Below, piece after piece: positions 1 through 8,416 of a stretch of 64,000 nucleotides of DNA. Under the pieces are notes generated by a model, which worked only from the letters and a program-made list of their open reading frames with translations, did not search any database and was not told where the DNA came from. The stretch's first letter is position 1. The number at the start of each line of letters is the position of its first letter. The DNA comes from a virus (taxonomy: Duplodnaviria > Heunggongvirae > Uroviricota > Caudoviricetes). The translations under genes and the position numbers were made by a program. Where the stretch lies: the IMG/VR virus record IMGVR_UViG_3300023174_000034; one strand, given 5' to 3'.

Positions 1-823
1 TATTGCTGCCAACCACGCGGTTGCAAGCACAAGCAAAACAACCGGGGCCATTGTTATTCCAGGCGGCGGCATGGGTGTTTCTGGCGGTATCACTGCTGGT
101 AACCTTGCACTGGACGGCGGTACAACATCACAAGAACCATTGTTAATTGCAACCGGCTCATTGTTAACCGTTCCACGTGTGGGTGCTGTTGAACATGCTA
201 GCGGTGTTTGGTATGCTACTCCTGCCGCAACAAGTCGTGCAGTGGTGCCAGTATCACATTTCTTTGCATTGGGCGCCAATTCAAGCCTGAACGGTGGTAC
301 TACTATTACTGCCACTAACACTGGTTATAGTGTGTTTGGCGGACCAAGCAACAACGTTGGTCAACTAGTGGTGCTTGCAAATACTGTGTACGAATTTGAA
401 CTCAAAGTCCTACTAGGATTTAGCGTAACACCCGGTTCCTCAACCATGCAGTTTGCATTTGGTGGCAACATTGCAACTGCTTGGTATCACTATGATACCA
501 CAGTAACTGGCATTGCGTATGTAAGTGGTACAGGGGCATCTGCTCCAACCACATCCGCATCAATACAAAACTTTGCAGGTACAACTACCTTGCCAACAGT
601 AACCAGTGGTGTTATTTTGGCAGCAGGTACTACCGTCAACCGAAGCATCATGGTCAAAGGCATGTTTGCAGTCGGTGCTACCACTAGTACCATTGTTCCG
701 CAAGTTGCGTTTGGTAGCGCCCTAAATGCTATAGTACAGGGAGTATCGGGCAGTTATTGGAGAGTTACTCCAGTCTCTGGAACAACGCCTACATTCGGTA
801 CTGGTAACTTTGTAACATCATAA
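1..823 (+). CDS. Tail fibre/structural protein, C-terminal part (5'-truncated by the window)
   Basis: Frame open from position 2. STSKTTGAIVIPGGGMGVSGG matches the STTTGAL-xGGxG fibre repeat; G/T/S/A-rich. Confidence 0.65.
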   Translation, partial: IAANHAVASTSKTTGAIVIPGGGMGVSGGITAGNLALDGGTTSQEPLLIATGSLLTVPRVGAVEHASGVWYATPAATSRAVVPVSHFFALGANSSLNGGTTITATNTGYSVFGGPSNNVGQLVVLANTVYEFELKVLLGFSVTPGSSTMQFAFGGNIATAWYHYDTTVTGIAYVSGTGASAPTTSASIQNFAGTTTLPTVTSGVILAAGTTVNRSIMVKGMFAVGATTSTIVPQVAFGSALNAIVQGVSGSYWRVTPVSGTTPTFGTGNFVTS

Positions 824-826
824 TCA

Positions 827-862
827 TTGACTTCTTGATTGGGCTAGTGTACACTAGCTCAA
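827..862 (+). promoter_or_regulatory. Sigma70-type promoter with palindrome over the -10
   Basis: TTGACT(827)-17-TACACT(850); perfect palindrome GCTAGTGTACACTAGC 843-858. Confidence 0.65.
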
Positions 863-875
863 CTAAGGAGTGATC

Positions 876-1289
876 ATGAACGTTGACCTAAACCGTTATT
901 CAAAATTCGTAGCAGGTGTGACTTCAAAAGAGTCCATGAACTACGATTTCCTACACAAGCGTATCCAAGAGCTACGCAATCAAGAATCTCCAGTGTTCAA
1001 CCCAGCCCTGTTGTTGACAGCAAGTACTGGCCTGGGTTCAGAATCTGGCGAATTCCAGGAGATCGTTAAAAAGGTCTTCTTCCAAGGCAAACCAATGAAT
1101 GACGAAACCCTGTTCCATGCCAAACGTGAATTGGGCGATATCATTTGGTACTGGACTAATGCTTGCACAGCATTGGGTCTAGATCCAAACGAGGTCATTG
1201 AAGAGAACGTAAATAAACTACAGTCGCGCTACCCAGGTGGGCAGTTCGACGTACACCACAGTGAACATAGACAACCAGGAGATCTATAA
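876..1289 (+). CDS. mazG: MazG-like NTP pyrophosphohydrolase
   Basis: ESGEFQE...KRELGDIIWY...NVNKLQSRYP motifs; SD AAGGAG. Confidence 0.85.
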   Translation: MNVDLNRYSKFVAGVTSKESMNYDFLHKRIQELRNQESPVFNPALLLTASTGLGSESGEFQEIVKKVFFQGKPMNDETLFHAKRELGDIIWYWTNACTALGLDPNEVIEENVNKLQSRYPGGQFDVHHSEHRQPGDL

Positions 1290-1480
1290 TGAGCGATACT
1301 ACAACATCAATTGCAACTTTCATGGAAGAGTTCTTAGCAGAGAACAAAAAATTTGAAAGCGGTAATTCAGCCGCTGGCACTCGTGCTCGCAAGGCACTGG
1401 GCGAAATGGCCAAGCTGATCAAAGCTCGCCGTAACGAAATTACTGCTGAGAAAAACGCACGTAAAGAAGCCAAGGCTTAA
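1289..1480 (+). CDS. Histone H1-like (Hc1-type) small basic protein
   Basis: KFESGNSAAGTRARKAL...RNEI signature. Confidence 0.65.
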   Translation: MSDTTTSIATFMEEFLAENKKFESGNSAAGTRARKALGEMAKLIKARRNEITAEKNARKEAKA

Positions 1481-1482
1481 CT

Positions 1483-1722
1483 GTGTTCCATCCACTGGCA
1501 CCCGACATCAGCGGTCTCAAGGACGACGAGTTGTACAACAAGATCAACGAGTTGACCAACAAGATGAACGCGGCCTATCGATTAGGCAGTCGCGATGCCG
1601 CTCGCCAGATGCAAATGCTTATGACTCACTATCAAGCAGAAGTGGGTAATCGTAATGCCAAGCGTATGGAAGAGATGGAAAAGAACAGCAAGAGCTTTAA
1701 CAAAATCATTGACATCAAATGA
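1483..1722 (+). CDS. Hypothetical protein
   Basis: 79-aa ORF tightly packed between neighbours. Confidence 0.6.
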   Translation: MFHPLAPDISGLKDDELYNKINELTNKMNAAYRLGSRDAARQMQMLMTHYQAEVGNRNAKRMEEMEKNSKSFNKIIDIK

Positions 1723-2228
1723 AATACGACCAATGCGGCATAGCTTATACAGATAGCACAGAACTGTGTGATATGTTATATCGCAATCCTGCACTTGACT
1801 TATCGCGTTTCAAAATAACAGACCCAACGCAATACAATTCGTCAGTTAAGAAATTGTTTGCCGCAATGCCTGTTATAGATGCGTACACTGCTAACTTTGA
1901 TGTTGATGAATTTGATCGAACACTACAAGCCAATTGGCACATGCCAAATGAATATTATATATTAGATATAGCGGCTTGGGTATTGGAGCAATGTAAAGAC
2001 GAAGCTGAATTACAACGAGCAGGAGAAGAACTATTGTTGTTTCAAGAACGTGATGCTTTCATGCTACTACGTTACATGAAATATCTAGTAGATACTATGC
2101 GAGCAAACAATGTGGTTTGGGGCGTAGGTCGTGGTTCAAGCGTGAGTAGTTTTGTATTGTTCAAATTGGGCGTACATAAAATTAACAGCTTGTATTATGA
2201 TTTAGATCCACGTGAGTTCCTCAAATAA
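1719..2228 (+). CDS. Short DNA polymerase III alpha (DnaE)-like fragment
   Basis: GVGRGSSVSSFVLFKLGVHKINSLYYDLDPREFL resembles DnaE GPGRGSAAGSLVAYALGITxIDPxxxDLLFERFL. Confidence 0.8.
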   Translation: MKYDQCGIAYTDSTELCDMLYRNPALDLSRFKITDPTQYNSSVKKLFAAMPVIDAYTANFDVDEFDRTLQANWHMPNEYYILDIAAWVLEQCKDEAELQRAGEELLLFQERDAFMLLRYMKYLVDTMRANNVVWGVGRGSSVSSFVLFKLGVHKINSLYYDLDPREFLK

Positions 2229-2250
2229 ATACCACATACAGGAGAATGCA

Positions 2251-2682
2251 ATGACCAGACAAACATATAAAACAGCACAAGGTAAACCAATTGATATGGA
2301 CGCATTACGTGTTCGTAACGAAGGTACGGTTGCTGTAGGCAACATGAAAACAAACGCACGTGGTGACGAACTAGGCCCAGGTGGCATTGTTGTTCGCACA
2401 CGTGATCAAGTCATGAAAGAATACTATTCTAGCAATGCAGTTTACACCAAAGAGCGTGTGGACCAGGCTCAGCAGGATAGTCGTGCAGTCCGTACTCAAA
2501 CCACACCAGTGGCAGAAGCGGCTGCTATCCCAGACGACATCCTGGCGCAGGATGCAATGATGGATGAAGTTGAACCGCCAAAGATGCGTGGCGCACTGGC
2601 TGATGCTGTGGCCAAGAGCGCCAAGGTAGAGCAGAAACTATTAACCCCCAAAAAGTCCGGCAACGGACCATCGAGAATCTAA
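2251..2682 (+). CDS. Hypothetical protein (likely late/virion)
   Basis: TAAATA and GGAG upstream; AVGNMKTNARGDELGPGG. Confidence 0.6.
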   Translation: MTRQTYKTAQGKPIDMDALRVRNEGTVAVGNMKTNARGDELGPGGIVVRTRDQVMKEYYSSNAVYTKERVDQAQQDSRAVRTQTTPVAEAAAIPDDILAQDAMMDEVEPPKMRGALADAVAKSAKVEQKLLTPKKSGNGPSRI

Positions 2683-3105
2683 ATGAGTGAAATGCTACCA
2701 CTAGGCGAAGGCCTGTTCCCGGCCATGGGTTCTATGCGAATAAGGCACAAAATCAGCAAACTGGCTCCGTTAAAAGACAAAGTACTTGTTCGTGACATGA
2801 ACTTTGGCGGACGCAAATTATCAAGTGGTATCGTATTGCTTGGTGACGATTCAACCACAGCCGGTATACGCCCTCGTTGGGCACAGGTGTATGCTGTGGG
2901 ACCAGAGCAAACAGAAGTCACTTCCGGACAATGGGTCATGGTTGAACATGGCCGGTGGAGTCGAGGTATTGACATAGAGATCAGTGATGAGCAATTCACA
3001 CTGCGTCTTGTTGATCCCAAAGCTATCATGTTTGTCAGTGACGAGGAACCAGACATTGACGATACCTTGTCCTCTGCGGTACAAGCGGAATCTAAATTCA
3101 GGTAA
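2683..3105 (+). CDS. groES: GroES-like co-chaperonin
   Basis: LAPLKDKVLV...SGIVL...VYAVGP motifs. Confidence 0.8.
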   Translation: MSEMLPLGEGLFPAMGSMRIRHKISKLAPLKDKVLVRDMNFGGRKLSSGIVLLGDDSTTAGIRPRWAQVYAVGPEQTEVTSGQWVMVEHGRWSRGIDIEISDEQFTLRLVDPKAIMFVSDEEPDIDDTLSSAVQAESKFR

Positions 3106-3107
3106 GC

Positions 3108-3347
3108 ATGGGTTTTCGTAAACCAAATCTTGAAGATGCTTACTCAGCAGTGCGTACAGCATTGACGGAAATAAATTCTCCATACAATGACGGTTTCACC
3201 GGATTTGCTTGCAAACAAGAACTATATCAGTTAAAATGCTGGTTAGAAGATGCTTATGATAATCTACCAAATTTTCAAGGAGAAGACAAATGGGAACAGG
3301 ATCGAATGATACAGATCTTAAAACGGAAGCCAATCGATCATATGTAA
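3108..3347 (+). CDS. Hypothetical protein
   Basis: 79-aa ORF in operon-like packing. Confidence 0.6.
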   Translation: MGFRKPNLEDAYSAVRTALTEINSPYNDGFTGFACKQELYQLKCWLEDAYDNLPNFQGEDKWEQDRMIQILKRKPIDHM

Positions 3348-3757
3348 TGGCTCGGTTGTTTAGAGGTTTGCTGGATATACTACGTGCCAGAAATGACACG
3401 CTGGTCAAAGAGGTACTTGCTCACATTCGTAGCTTTGATCGTCCGGTTGATGAAACTGAAGTTCCATATCAAGACGTGCTAGGTTTTTGGCGCATGTTGG
3501 TTGAAATTATTTTTCACATCTATGCACAGATCAGTTTGTTTGCTGGCCTCCTGATTGTATCTGTATTGGTTGTTGTAGCGTGGCCATTGAAATTTCTCAT
3601 TGAGTTATTTGCCAGTAGCTGGGTTATGAAAAACAATCAATATCGCTATCCGTACCCCGATGAAGCTCCTCCAATGGAAGAGCCCAAGATGGATGACAAA
3701 GACAGCAAGGTTGTACGCCGTGTTGTTTACGAAGAAACAAAGGTACCTAAAAAATGA
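3347..3757 (+). CDS. Hypothetical membrane protein
   Basis: Hydrophobic stretch SLFAGLLIVSVLVVVAW; TAATG overlap with previous stop. Confidence 0.6.
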   Translation: MARLFRGLLDILRARNDTLVKEVLAHIRSFDRPVDETEVPYQDVLGFWRMLVEIIFHIYAQISLFAGLLIVSVLVVVAWPLKFLIELFASSWVMKNNQYRYPYPDEAPPMEEPKMDDKDSKVVRRVVYEETKVPKK

Positions 3758-3975
3758 GATTCAAACTAGACATTACTGCTAATCCAGTACAGGGCGACAC
3801 CACGCCATGGAAACCAGTTTTCTTGCTATTTCCTAAACAAGTTGAAAACCAAATTGTTTGGCTTGAGACCGTGATGTGTCGTAAAATATTCTTAGTCAAA
3901 CAACGTTCTACCAAAGCTGGTCCTGTGCTGGGCGGCGGGTGGGACAAAGAATTCAAACTACCGGAGAATGTATGA
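3754..3975 (+). CDS. Hypothetical protein
   Basis: ATGA overlaps at both ends. Confidence 0.5.
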   Translation: MRFKLDITANPVQGDTTPWKPVFLLFPKQVENQIVWLETVMCRKIFLVKQRSTKAGPVLGGGWDKEFKLPENV

Positions 3976-4889
3976 AAGAATTGTGGGTTGAAAAATATCG
4001 TCCTAGCAAGATGGACGAGTATGTGTTTATTGATGACAACCAACGTGACCAAGTTGCGGCATGGATCAAAGATGGACACATCCCACATCTGTTGTTGAGT
4101 GGTGGACCCGGCACAGGTAAAACCACACTGGCACGTATGCTTATAAATGAGCTTGGAGTCGACGATTACGATGTGCTACAAGTCAATGCCAGTAATGAAA
4201 CCAAAGTGGAAATCATGCGTGACAAAGTGATTGGCTTTGCTAGCACCATGCCATTTGGTGAATTCAAAATTATCCTATTAGATGAAGCCGACTACCTAAG
4301 CCATAACTCACAAGCATTGTTGCGTAATGCAATGGAAACATATCACGCCAGTGTGCGTTTTATCTTTACCTGCAATGCACCACACAAGATTATTCCTGCG
4401 CTACATTCACGTTGCCAGGGTTTCCACATTGCCAAACAGGACCATACTGAGTTTACTGCCAGAGTGGCCACTGTGTTGGTAACAGAGGGCATTGAGTTTG
4501 ACATTGACACACTAGACAGCTATGTCAAAGCAACATATCCTGACCTGCGTAAATGCTTGAACTTGGTGCAACTGAACAGCCAAGATGGCGCCCTTAAGAA
4601 ACCCCGTGAAGGAGACAAATCCGTGAGTGACTGGAAACTTGATACAGTAGAATTATTCAAATCTGGCAAAATTCGCGAAGCACGTCAATTGCTATGCACA
4701 CAGGCGGCTCCAGAAGAAATGGAAGATGTGTTTCGCTGGATGTATGACAATATTGATCTGTGGGGCAAAACAGATGAACAGCAAGATGCGGCAATCCTGG
4801 TCATCCGCAAGGGCCTGGTTAACCACACCGCATGTGCAGATGCAGAAATCAACTTGAGTGCAACCATCATTGAACTTACACAGATTTAA
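3972..4889 (+). CDS. Clamp loader subunit (gp44/RFC-small like)
   Basis: WVEKYRP, GPGTGKT, LDEAD, SRC motifs. Confidence 0.92.
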   Translation: MKELWVEKYRPSKMDEYVFIDDNQRDQVAAWIKDGHIPHLLLSGGPGTGKTTLARMLINELGVDDYDVLQVNASNETKVEIMRDKVIGFASTMPFGEFKIILLDEADYLSHNSQALLRNAMETYHASVRFIFTCNAPHKIIPALHSRCQGFHIAKQDHTEFTARVATVLVTEGIEFDIDTLDSYVKATYPDLRKCLNLVQLNSQDGALKKPREGDKSVSDWKLDTVELFKSGKIREARQLLCTQAAPEEMEDVFRWMYDNIDLWGKTDEQQDAAILVIRKGLVNHTACADAEINLSATIIELTQI

Positions 4890-6007
4890 TGGTAAAATTC
4901 CAGTCCTTAGAGCCGTTGGCTGATCCAGCCAACCCAATTTCGTTTTTACTTGATTGGGAGTTGACCATGAAGTGCAATCTAGATTGCACCTATTGCGGCA
5001 CTGGGCTCTACGCCGGACACGATAACTCAACGCAACATCCTCCGCTAGATGAATGTTTACGTACCCTGGATTTCATGTACGAGTACGCAGATCTTTATCT
5101 AGCACGTAAGACTGCTAGTCTACGCAAGGTCGTATTAAACGTATACGGCGGAGAAAGTTTGCATCACCCTAACATTGTTACCATCTTGGAAGCGGCTCAT
5201 GAACGACACAAAAAATACAGTTGGCCTCTTACAATCACAACCACTACCAATGCCATCGTCACGCCAGCAAAACTTTCTCAGGTGTTGCCGTTTATTGACC
5301 ATTGGACCGTTAGTTACCATACCGAATGTACTACCAAGCAAAAACAACAATTCAAAGACAACTTGTTGGCTATTAAGACCGCAGGCAAGTCAATAAAATG
5401 TGTTGTGCTCATGCACAGTGAACCAGACTTGTTTGCTGATGCAGAGAATATGATCACTTGGTTAAAGAATAACAATATTGAAATAAGTCCGCGGGCACTG
5501 GATCATCCCAAAGAGTGGGATCAATTTAACTACAATTCGCAACAGATCAAATGGTTTAACAAGTTGCACAACAACGACCTGGCGGCAGTGGAACAATCTA
5601 CTGACCTAAGTGATGTTGGCCGTGCCTGTTGTGGAGGGCGTAGCCTGTGCCAGAACAGCAATTACAAAACCAAACTGGGATTTGTAAGCAACAAGTTCAC
5701 AGGCTGGAGTTGCTCTGTCAACTGGTTTTTTCTATACGTAAAACAGGTAAACGGCGAAGTCTACACCAACAAAGATTGTATGATGAACTTTGAAGGTGGA
5801 GTAGGACCAATTGGCAATCTTTCTGATTGCAATTCAGTGTTGACTAAATTAAAATATCAACTGGACACAGGCACGTTGCCTGTTATAGAATGCGCCAAGT
5901 CTAGTTGTTGGTGCGGGCTGTGTGCGCCAAAAGCACGAACAAGATCCATGTATGATAGCATGATCGAAAAGTATCAAACGAGTTATATACCAGAGGAACA
6001 ATTATGA
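4889..6007 (+). CDS. Radical SAM protein
   Basis: CNLDCTYC (CxxxCxxC), YGGE, Cys-rich C-terminus CWCGLC. Confidence 0.85.
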   Translation: MVKFQSLEPLADPANPISFLLDWELTMKCNLDCTYCGTGLYAGHDNSTQHPPLDECLRTLDFMYEYADLYLARKTASLRKVVLNVYGGESLHHPNIVTILEAAHERHKKYSWPLTITTTTNAIVTPAKLSQVLPFIDHWTVSYHTECTTKQKQQFKDNLLAIKTAGKSIKCVVLMHSEPDLFADAENMITWLKNNNIEISPRALDHPKEWDQFNYNSQQIKWFNKLHNNDLAAVEQSTDLSDVGRACCGGRSLCQNSNYKTKLGFVSNKFTGWSCSVNWFFLYVKQVNGEVYTNKDCMMNFEGGVGPIGNLSDCNSVLTKLKYQLDTGTLPVIECAKSSCWCGLCAPKARTRSMYDSMIEKYQTSYIPEEQL

Positions 6008-6453
6008 GTAAAACTAAAGGAATCTTCTTAGTGGCACAGTACTACAAGAAACCACAACCACATGTGAACACCAGTAAAAAAGGTTGGATGGATAATCCAG
6101 ACAACATTCGCTGGGACGAACAGATGCTGGTCACTCGCGGTCTAAAACCCAAAGATTCCAATGCACAAGTTATCTTGAATCTAGGTGAAAAAACTGTTGT
6201 GCGTAATACTTTTTCACAGGGCAAAACATTTGACGAAGTGTTTATCTATTTCCTAAATGGCTACAGCCAATATCTAGTTCCAGTTATGGGGCAATTGGAT
6301 CGCGCATACCTCGAAGCTATTGCCGCAGAACTGCAATCTCAACTGCCACCAGAAACAATGACTGATGCCGAAATGAAGGCTGCTCAAGCCGCACAAACTA
6401 TTCAACCAGCAGATGTTGTTGATGTAAAGTATGAAGAAATTAAAGCTGAGTGA
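6004..6453 (+). CDS. Hypothetical protein
   Basis: 149-aa ORF with GAGGA SD. Confidence 0.6.
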   Translation: MSKTKGIFLVAQYYKKPQPHVNTSKKGWMDNPDNIRWDEQMLVTRGLKPKDSNAQVILNLGEKTVVRNTFSQGKTFDEVFIYFLNGYSQYLVPVMGQLDRAYLEAIAAELQSQLPPETMTDAEMKAAQAAQTIQPADVVDVKYEEIKAE

Positions 6454-6751
6454 AAGCGGACAGCGGGGATGGTTTGTGGGTGACTTTCCTGAAGCTGTTC
6501 ACCGCACCAAGGACTTTGAGGTAAACTGGCAGACCAACGCTCGCCAGTACAGTCCCACACACTATCACAAAGTTGTGACAGAAATACAATTGGTCACTCG
6601 TGGACGCATGATGGTGAATGGTGTGATATTTGAAGCTGGGGATATCTGTGTGCTGGAGCCAGGTGACATGAGCCAGATTCATATTCTAGAAGAAACTGAC
6701 ACCGTAGCAATCAAGTTCCCATCTGTGCCAGACGATAAATATTTGTTATAA
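6431..6751 (+). CDS. Cupin-fold protein
   Basis: HYHKVVTE...GDICVLEPG cupin-like pattern. Confidence 0.65.
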   Translation: MKKLKLSESGQRGWFVGDFPEAVHRTKDFEVNWQTNARQYSPTHYHKVVTEIQLVTRGRMMVNGVIFEAGDICVLEPGDMSQIHILEETDTVAIKFPSVPDDKYLL

Positions 6752-6993
6752 TGCACCCACAATTTCTAAAGTCAATGAAGGTCAAAGTCAAGCGTCCAGT
6801 GGACCCAAATGCTCCGCCACGCCCAAACCTGCTGTCACAAGACAAAGAAATCCGCGGAATGAAAAGCACCAATGAGCTTGCTATGCAACAGATCATGCAG
6901 TTACAAGATCAGGTGCGTAAGCTAGAGCGCAAACTAGCACGTCAAACAGACTACCTGGGTGCGCTACACGCACAAATCCCACGAAAAAGGTAG
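6751..6993 (+). CDS. Hypothetical coiled-coil protein
   Basis: 80-aa ORF, heptad-like C-terminal half. Confidence 0.55.
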   Translation: MHPQFLKSMKVKVKRPVDPNAPPRPNLLSQDKEIRGMKSTNELAMQQIMQLQDQVRKLERKLARQTDYLGALHAQIPRKR

Positions 6994-7076
6994 TACCCTA
7001 GTACTATTTTGAGCTAAAATTCTCAAAAAACCCTGCAAAATCAACGACTTATAACGCCAGAAATTTGGTAAAAAAC

Positions 7077-7107
7077 GGTTGACCATAAATGCTCGTTTTG
7101 CTATACT
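7077..7107 (+). promoter_or_regulatory. Strong early promoter (repeat family)
   Basis: GG-TTGACC-17-TATACT with TG extension; spacer AAATGCTCGTTTTG resembles those at 59824, 60028 and 62054. Confidence 0.85.
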
Positions 7108-7138
7108 ATGTACATAGATTAGTTAATAAGGAGCTGAA

Positions 7139-7375
7139 ATGACTGAATTTGAAAAAAACTGCTACGGTATGAGCCAAGAAGATATCCGTGAACAATACAT
7201 GCAGAGCATCACTGCTCGCTTCACAGGACTGGAAATGGTTGCAATGGGTGTGCTGAGCGATGCACAAGAACTGCTGGCAATGGATCACAAAGAAGCCGCT
7301 CGCAAGCACATGAACATTGCCAAGTTCATTCTTAGCGAAATGATGGACGCTCGTCTTACTGCTCAGGAGGCTTAA
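7139..7375 (+). CDS. Early hypothetical protein
   Basis: AAGGAG SD; follows early promoter. Confidence 0.7.
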   Translation: MTEFEKNCYGMSQEDIREQYMQSITARFTGLEMVAMGVLSDAQELLAMDHKEAARKHMNIAKFILSEMMDARLTAQEA

Positions 7376-7376
7376 T

Positions 7377-7658
7377 ATGAAACAGTCACATACCATGTAC
7401 ATCTACAAAACAGACCGTCGTTGCAAAACTGGAGAGCGTCTGTTCAGCACCACAGTGTGGCAACATCGTGATGCGGCCGAAATGCGCCGTGAAGTGCGTG
7501 AACTTCAGTACCAACTGTACCCTACCAGCCAGTTCCGCATTGAGTTCCACCCTACTACTGTGACTGTGAAGAACTTGATGACTGGCAAAGATGTAGAAAT
7601 TGACCGTGACACCCCATGGTGTTGCAACCCTGCAAGCGAAACCTACTGGAGTATGTAA
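7377..7658 (+). CDS. Early hypothetical protein
   Basis: GGAGG SD; C-terminal TPWCCNPASETYWSM. Confidence 0.7.
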   Translation: MKQSHTMYIYKTDRRCKTGERLFSTTVWQHRDAAEMRREVRELQYQLYPTSQFRIEFHPTTVTVKNLMTGKDVEIDRDTPWCCNPASETYWSM

Positions 7659-7659
7659 G

Positions 7660-8049
7660 ATGGAATTTAATAAACAAGTAAACTGGCAGACCCACACAGA
7701 CGGAAATGGACTGTGGAGTCAGGCCGCAAAGTCTGTTACTGTGCTTTGTGTAGAACTTGCAGACAGTTATGAAAACGGTGAATATGGAGAGCTCCGTGCT
7801 TACTTTGATACCAAAACTTGGGACTGCAACGAAGTAGGACTGATCTACACTGACCCACGCTGGATTGGTGAGTTCCGTGCGCTCATGCGTAGTCTGGGTT
7901 TCACTAGCAAAGCCTGCGAGGACATTACCTACAGCGAACAAGGCATGCAAAGCGACAACTTTGTGAGCATGGATGTGGGCCCTGACTTCATGCGTGAAGT
8001 TGAACCCATGTACCGTTTTGTAATCAACAAGGAGCCGGTTAATGCTTGA
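7660..8049 (+). CDS. Early hypothetical protein
   Basis: GGAG SD; YSEQGMQ motif. Confidence 0.65.
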   Translation: MEFNKQVNWQTHTDGNGLWSQAAKSVTVLCVELADSYENGEYGELRAYFDTKTWDCNEVGLIYTDPRWIGEFRALMRSLGFTSKACEDITYSEQGMQSDNFVSMDVGPDFMREVEPMYRFVINKEPVNA

Positions 8050-8326
8050 TTTCAAACATTACAACATCCCTGCCCATACACAAGAAGCGTTGATCAACTA
8101 TACCGAGCGCGGCTACGAGCCTGGTGATTTTTTATACTGCGTGTTAGGTAACAATTTGCTGGGTGCTGTTAACATGGCAGATGCACAAAATTTGCCTGTA
8201 TTAAAAGATATTGTGCAATTTGTACACAACGAACTGCCCGAAAACTGCCGTGGTAATGAAGCTGTGGTCATACGGTTTTTACAAGAGCATCTAGGCCAAC
8301 GAAAAGGCCCAAAAGATATTGTGTAA
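8042..8326 (+). CDS. Early hypothetical protein
   Basis: AAGGAG SD; PGDFL...NNL..AV..AD. Confidence 0.65.
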   Translation: MLDFKHYNIPAHTQEALINYTERGYEPGDFLYCVLGNNLLGAVNMADAQNLPVLKDIVQFVHNELPENCRGNEAVVIRFLQEHLGQRKGPKDIV

Positions 8327-8350
8327 ACTGCGAATCTCTGTTACACTTGG

Positions 8351-8389
8351 TATAAATATTTGTATGCGGTGCCAACCGGGCCGCATACA
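8351..8389 (+). promoter_or_regulatory. T4-type late promoter plus leader hairpin
   Basis: TATAAATA 8351-8358, then TGTATGCGG-N11-CCGCATACA. Confidence 0.7.
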
Positions 8390-8416
8390 CAAACCATTTG
8401 TTTAAGGAGATAAAAA

